The notes under the pieces are model-generated. The model did not search any database. It saw only the letters and a program-made list of their open reading frames with translations, and was not told the origin of the DNA. The position numbers and the translations under genes were made by a program. Shown in pieces: positions 30,228 through 32,000 of a DNA stretch of 32,000 nucleotides; within the stretch, counting starts at the first letter, position 1; the number at the start of each line of letters is the position of its first letter. The stretch comes from Archaeoglobus fulgidus DSM 4304. GTDB taxonomy: Archaea; Halobacteriota; Archaeoglobi; Archaeoglobales; Archaeoglobaceae. Location: assembly GCF_000008665.1 (NCBI RefSeq), contig NC_000917.1, forward strand, positions 930,001 through 962,000, given 5' to 3'.

Positions 30228-31037
30228 TCACAGCCTCTTGTCCAGTATCAGACTAAGCAGCTTTGAGTCCATGCTCGTATCTGCTGGATTCATCAGCTTG
30301 TGCAGCCTGTAGAGCTCAAGAAGCATGTCCTCGAATCCATCGTTGAGCGAAACAAGCTCTGCAATCTTGCAGATGAAGTCCCTCGCATCCTTTGAGATGT
30401 AGCCAGCAGACTCGAAGAGCTCCAGCATTAGCGTCAGAGAGTCGAGATTGTACTTCTCAAGCATCCCCTTTACCCACTCCATCAGGTTGAACAGCGTGAC
30501 TATGTCGTATTTGGTGATTAAATCAGCAGTCTTCGGAGTCGTTCTCTTCACAGGTTTCTCAAAGCTGTAAGCCTGCAAGCTATCACCTTCCAAATCAACT
30601 TCTTCCATCACCTCCGGGATGGGCTCAGCCGATTTAGATTCATCCAATTCTCTTACAACATCTTCCTCAGGAGGTTCATCCTCCTTAACCTCTTTAAGTT
30701 CAGGTTCCGCTTCCGGCTCGGGTTCGGGCCCGGTTTCGGTTTCAGGTTGCTCCACCTCAGGTTCAGGTTTCGGTGGTTCTGGAATCTGTGCCGGAACAAC
30801 CTGAATCTGCGGCGGCTGATAGGAAGCCCCTCCAGCAAGTGCGCCCTCTGCAAGATTCTGCAGGTTCTGGAAGGGGTTTTCGAGGTTGTTCAGCGTCTCT
30901 CTCAGGTCGAGAAGTAGCTTCTTAACAGACCCCTTCAGAACGTCGAGCTCCTTCTCAAGTCTGTCGATTCTGCCTTCAGCAGTATCGGCCTCTGCACTTG
31001 CCAGAATTTCGTCAATCGCTGCCTGATCGACATCCAT
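30228..31037 (-). CDS. flaD: archaellum accessory protein of the FlaD/FlaE (ArlD/E) family
   Basis: 269 aa. N-terminal coiled coil, a P/E-rich linker, and a C-terminal domain (DIVTLFNLMEWVKGMLEKYN...LELFESAGYISKDARDFI) resembling the FlaD/E domain. A GAGGTGAT SD is present. Confidence 0.75.
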   Translation of the reverse strand: MDVDQAAIDEILASAEADTAEGRIDRLEKELDVLKGSVKKLLLDLRETLNNLENPFQNLQNLAEGALAGGASYQPPQIQVVPAQIPEPPKPEPEVEQPETETGPEPEPEAEPELKEVKEDEPPEEDVVRELDESKSAEPIPEVMEEVDLEGDSLQAYSFEKPVKRTTPKTADLITKYDIVTLFNLMEWVKGMLEKYNLDSLTLMLELFESAGYISKDARDFICKIAELVSLNDGFEDMLLELYRLHKLMNPADTSMDSKLLSLILDKRL

Positions 31038-31071
31038 GGTATCACCTCTAAAAAATTAAAAATTTGGGGGA
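31038..31071 (-). terminator. oligo-T attenuator/terminator candidate directly after the archaellin gene
   Basis: Minus-sense sequence reads TAA-TCCCCCAAATTTTTAATTTTTTAGAGGTGATACC-ATG. T5 and T6 tracts are followed by the flaD/E SD. Confidence 0.4.
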
Positions 31072-31677
31072 TTACTTGAGCAGCACCATCATGCTGTCTA
31101 TGCTTGGCGGAGCCTTCAGCTCAATCGGGTATGTTGCGCCTATTGGTGGCTTGACCTCAATTATGAAGTCGTCGTTGGGGTTGATGTCAAGGCCAGCACC
31201 TGTGGAGTCGAGGTAAACGGTAACCTCAGCCTTCTCAAACTCCTCAAGGTAGTTGTCGGGGCTGCTGCCCTGGAGGCTGTAGATCCAGTTGACATAGTAT
31301 TCCGATGCCTTGTCTAAGGAGGAACTATTGCTCTCATACGATAGCTCCACGAAATCTCCGTCCTTCGGAACGAGGACTGTAATGACGGTCTTGTTCAGGT
31401 CGATTGGCTGCCCACCGGCAGCGAGCTGGAGAGTGAAGGTAACTTCGGTTATGTTGTCATTGGTGGTGCTGCCCTTTGCCACGATGCTACCGACAAGCTC
31501 CATGCTGCTCGTCGCCTGCTTTACTCCTGTGTGCACAGTCTCCTGACCCTTCTGCGTTGCGAAGAATCCCGCTCCCAGCAGCACGTAGCTGAAGACCGCA
31601 GCGACGGTCACGAAGGCTATCAGCACGATTGCCGCTTCAAGGCCCGTAAAACCTTTTTCGTTCTTCAGGAACCTCAT
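31072..31677 (-). CDS. flaB: archaellin FlaB (ArlB)
   Basis: Class III signal peptide and hydrophobic N-terminus MRFLKNEKG/FTGLEAAIVLIAFVTVAAVFSYVLL. Sequons NIT, NKT and NSS. The C-terminal EVKPPIGATYPIELKAPPS is shared with the upstream paralogue. ATG 31677 sits 6 nt after the GAGGTGA SD; the track start 31686 is GTG. Confidence 0.85.
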   Translation of the reverse strand: MRFLKNEKGFTGLEAAIVLIAFVTVAAVFSYVLLGAGFFATQKGQETVHTGVKQATSSMELVGSIVAKGSTTNDNITEVTFTLQLAAGGQPIDLNKTVITVLVPKDGDFVELSYESNSSSLDKASEYYVNWIYSLQGSSPDNYLEEFEKAEVTVYLDSTGAGLDINPNDDFIIEVKPPIGATYPIELKAPPSIDSMMVLLK

Positions 31678-31687
31678 TCCCATCACC

Positions 31688-32000
31688 TCACACGAATGTC
31701 AGATTGGTGAAGCTCGGTGGCAGCGTCTTGGTTATCGTCAGCGGTGCGCCGATGGGTGGGCGGACTTCAATTGTCACCACATCATTGGGGTTGAGCTCAC
31801 CTATACCGCTCCACTCGGTGTTGTTCACGTCAATCGTTATCTTGTACTTTTCATTCGGCTCAACCACATTATCTCCATCACCGACCGTATCATCATACCA
31901 CCAGGGGCAGTCCGTTCCCGGTGTGCATGAATCGTTGAAGAACAGCTGCTTGAATCCAGTGTCAGTGGTAATCGCAATCGAGGTCATGTTAAGGTCCACT
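31688..32000 (-). CDS. flaB: archaellin paralogue, C-terminal part only (gene starts beyond window end)
   Basis: Open frame to the window edge. The C-terminal EVRPPIGAPLTITKTLPPS parallels the downstream archaellin. Sequons NMT, NDS, NNT and NLT. Confidence 0.75.
   Translation of the reverse strand, partial: VDLNMTSIAITTDTGFKQLFFNDSCTPGTDCPWWYDDTVGDGDNVVEPNEKYKITIDVNNTEWSGIGELNPNDVVTIEVRPPIGAPLTITKTLPPSFTNLTFV

Overview
The window reads as core chromosome of a hyperthermophilic euryarchaeon. Gene content, order and protein sequences match my memory of the Archaeoglobus fulgidus AF1027-AF1055 neighbourhood, which I cannot verify here. It is roughly 95 percent coding, uses GGAGGTGA-type Shine-Dalgarno sites, and has many 1-17 nt start/stop overlaps. 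There are three blocks. (i) 1-3201, minus strand: acyl-CoA metabolism, with an acyl-CoA synthetase, a thiolase and the first 59 codons of an AbfD/HpaB-family enzyme. (ii) 3395-10062, plus strand: the archaeal DNA-end-resection operon herA-mre11-rad50-nurA with ATGA-coupled junctions. (iii) 10088-32000, almost all minus strand: a motility/taxis supercluster. In transcription order it holds two archaellin genes, flaD/E-flaG-flaF-flaH-flaI-flaJ, two extra genes coupled to flaJ, MCP-cheW-cheF-cheY-cheB-cheA-cheC-cheD-cheR, a divergent pair of output-less sensor genes, and a second MCP. I saw no rRNA, tRNA, CRISPR array, transposase, integrase or prophage signal, and nothing resembling a defence island. 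The unusual content is: (a) two soluble PAS-HAMP-MCP genes whose output halves are 1158-bp near-identical direct repeats bracketing the whole che operon, diverged only in two short patches at mirror positions on the two arms of the signalling hairpin. (b) Three PAS/GAF sensor proteins that end in a histidine-kinase-like DHp helix with the phospho-accepting His replaced (Asp, Asp, Asn) and no ATPase domain; two of them sit directly upstream of an MCP as a duplicated two-gene module. (c) A membrane-anchored, extremely acidic protein translationally coupled to the end of the archaellum operon. (d) A PIP-box-like C-terminal tail on Mre11. All functional readings of (a)-(d) are inference and need database, structural and experimental checks.
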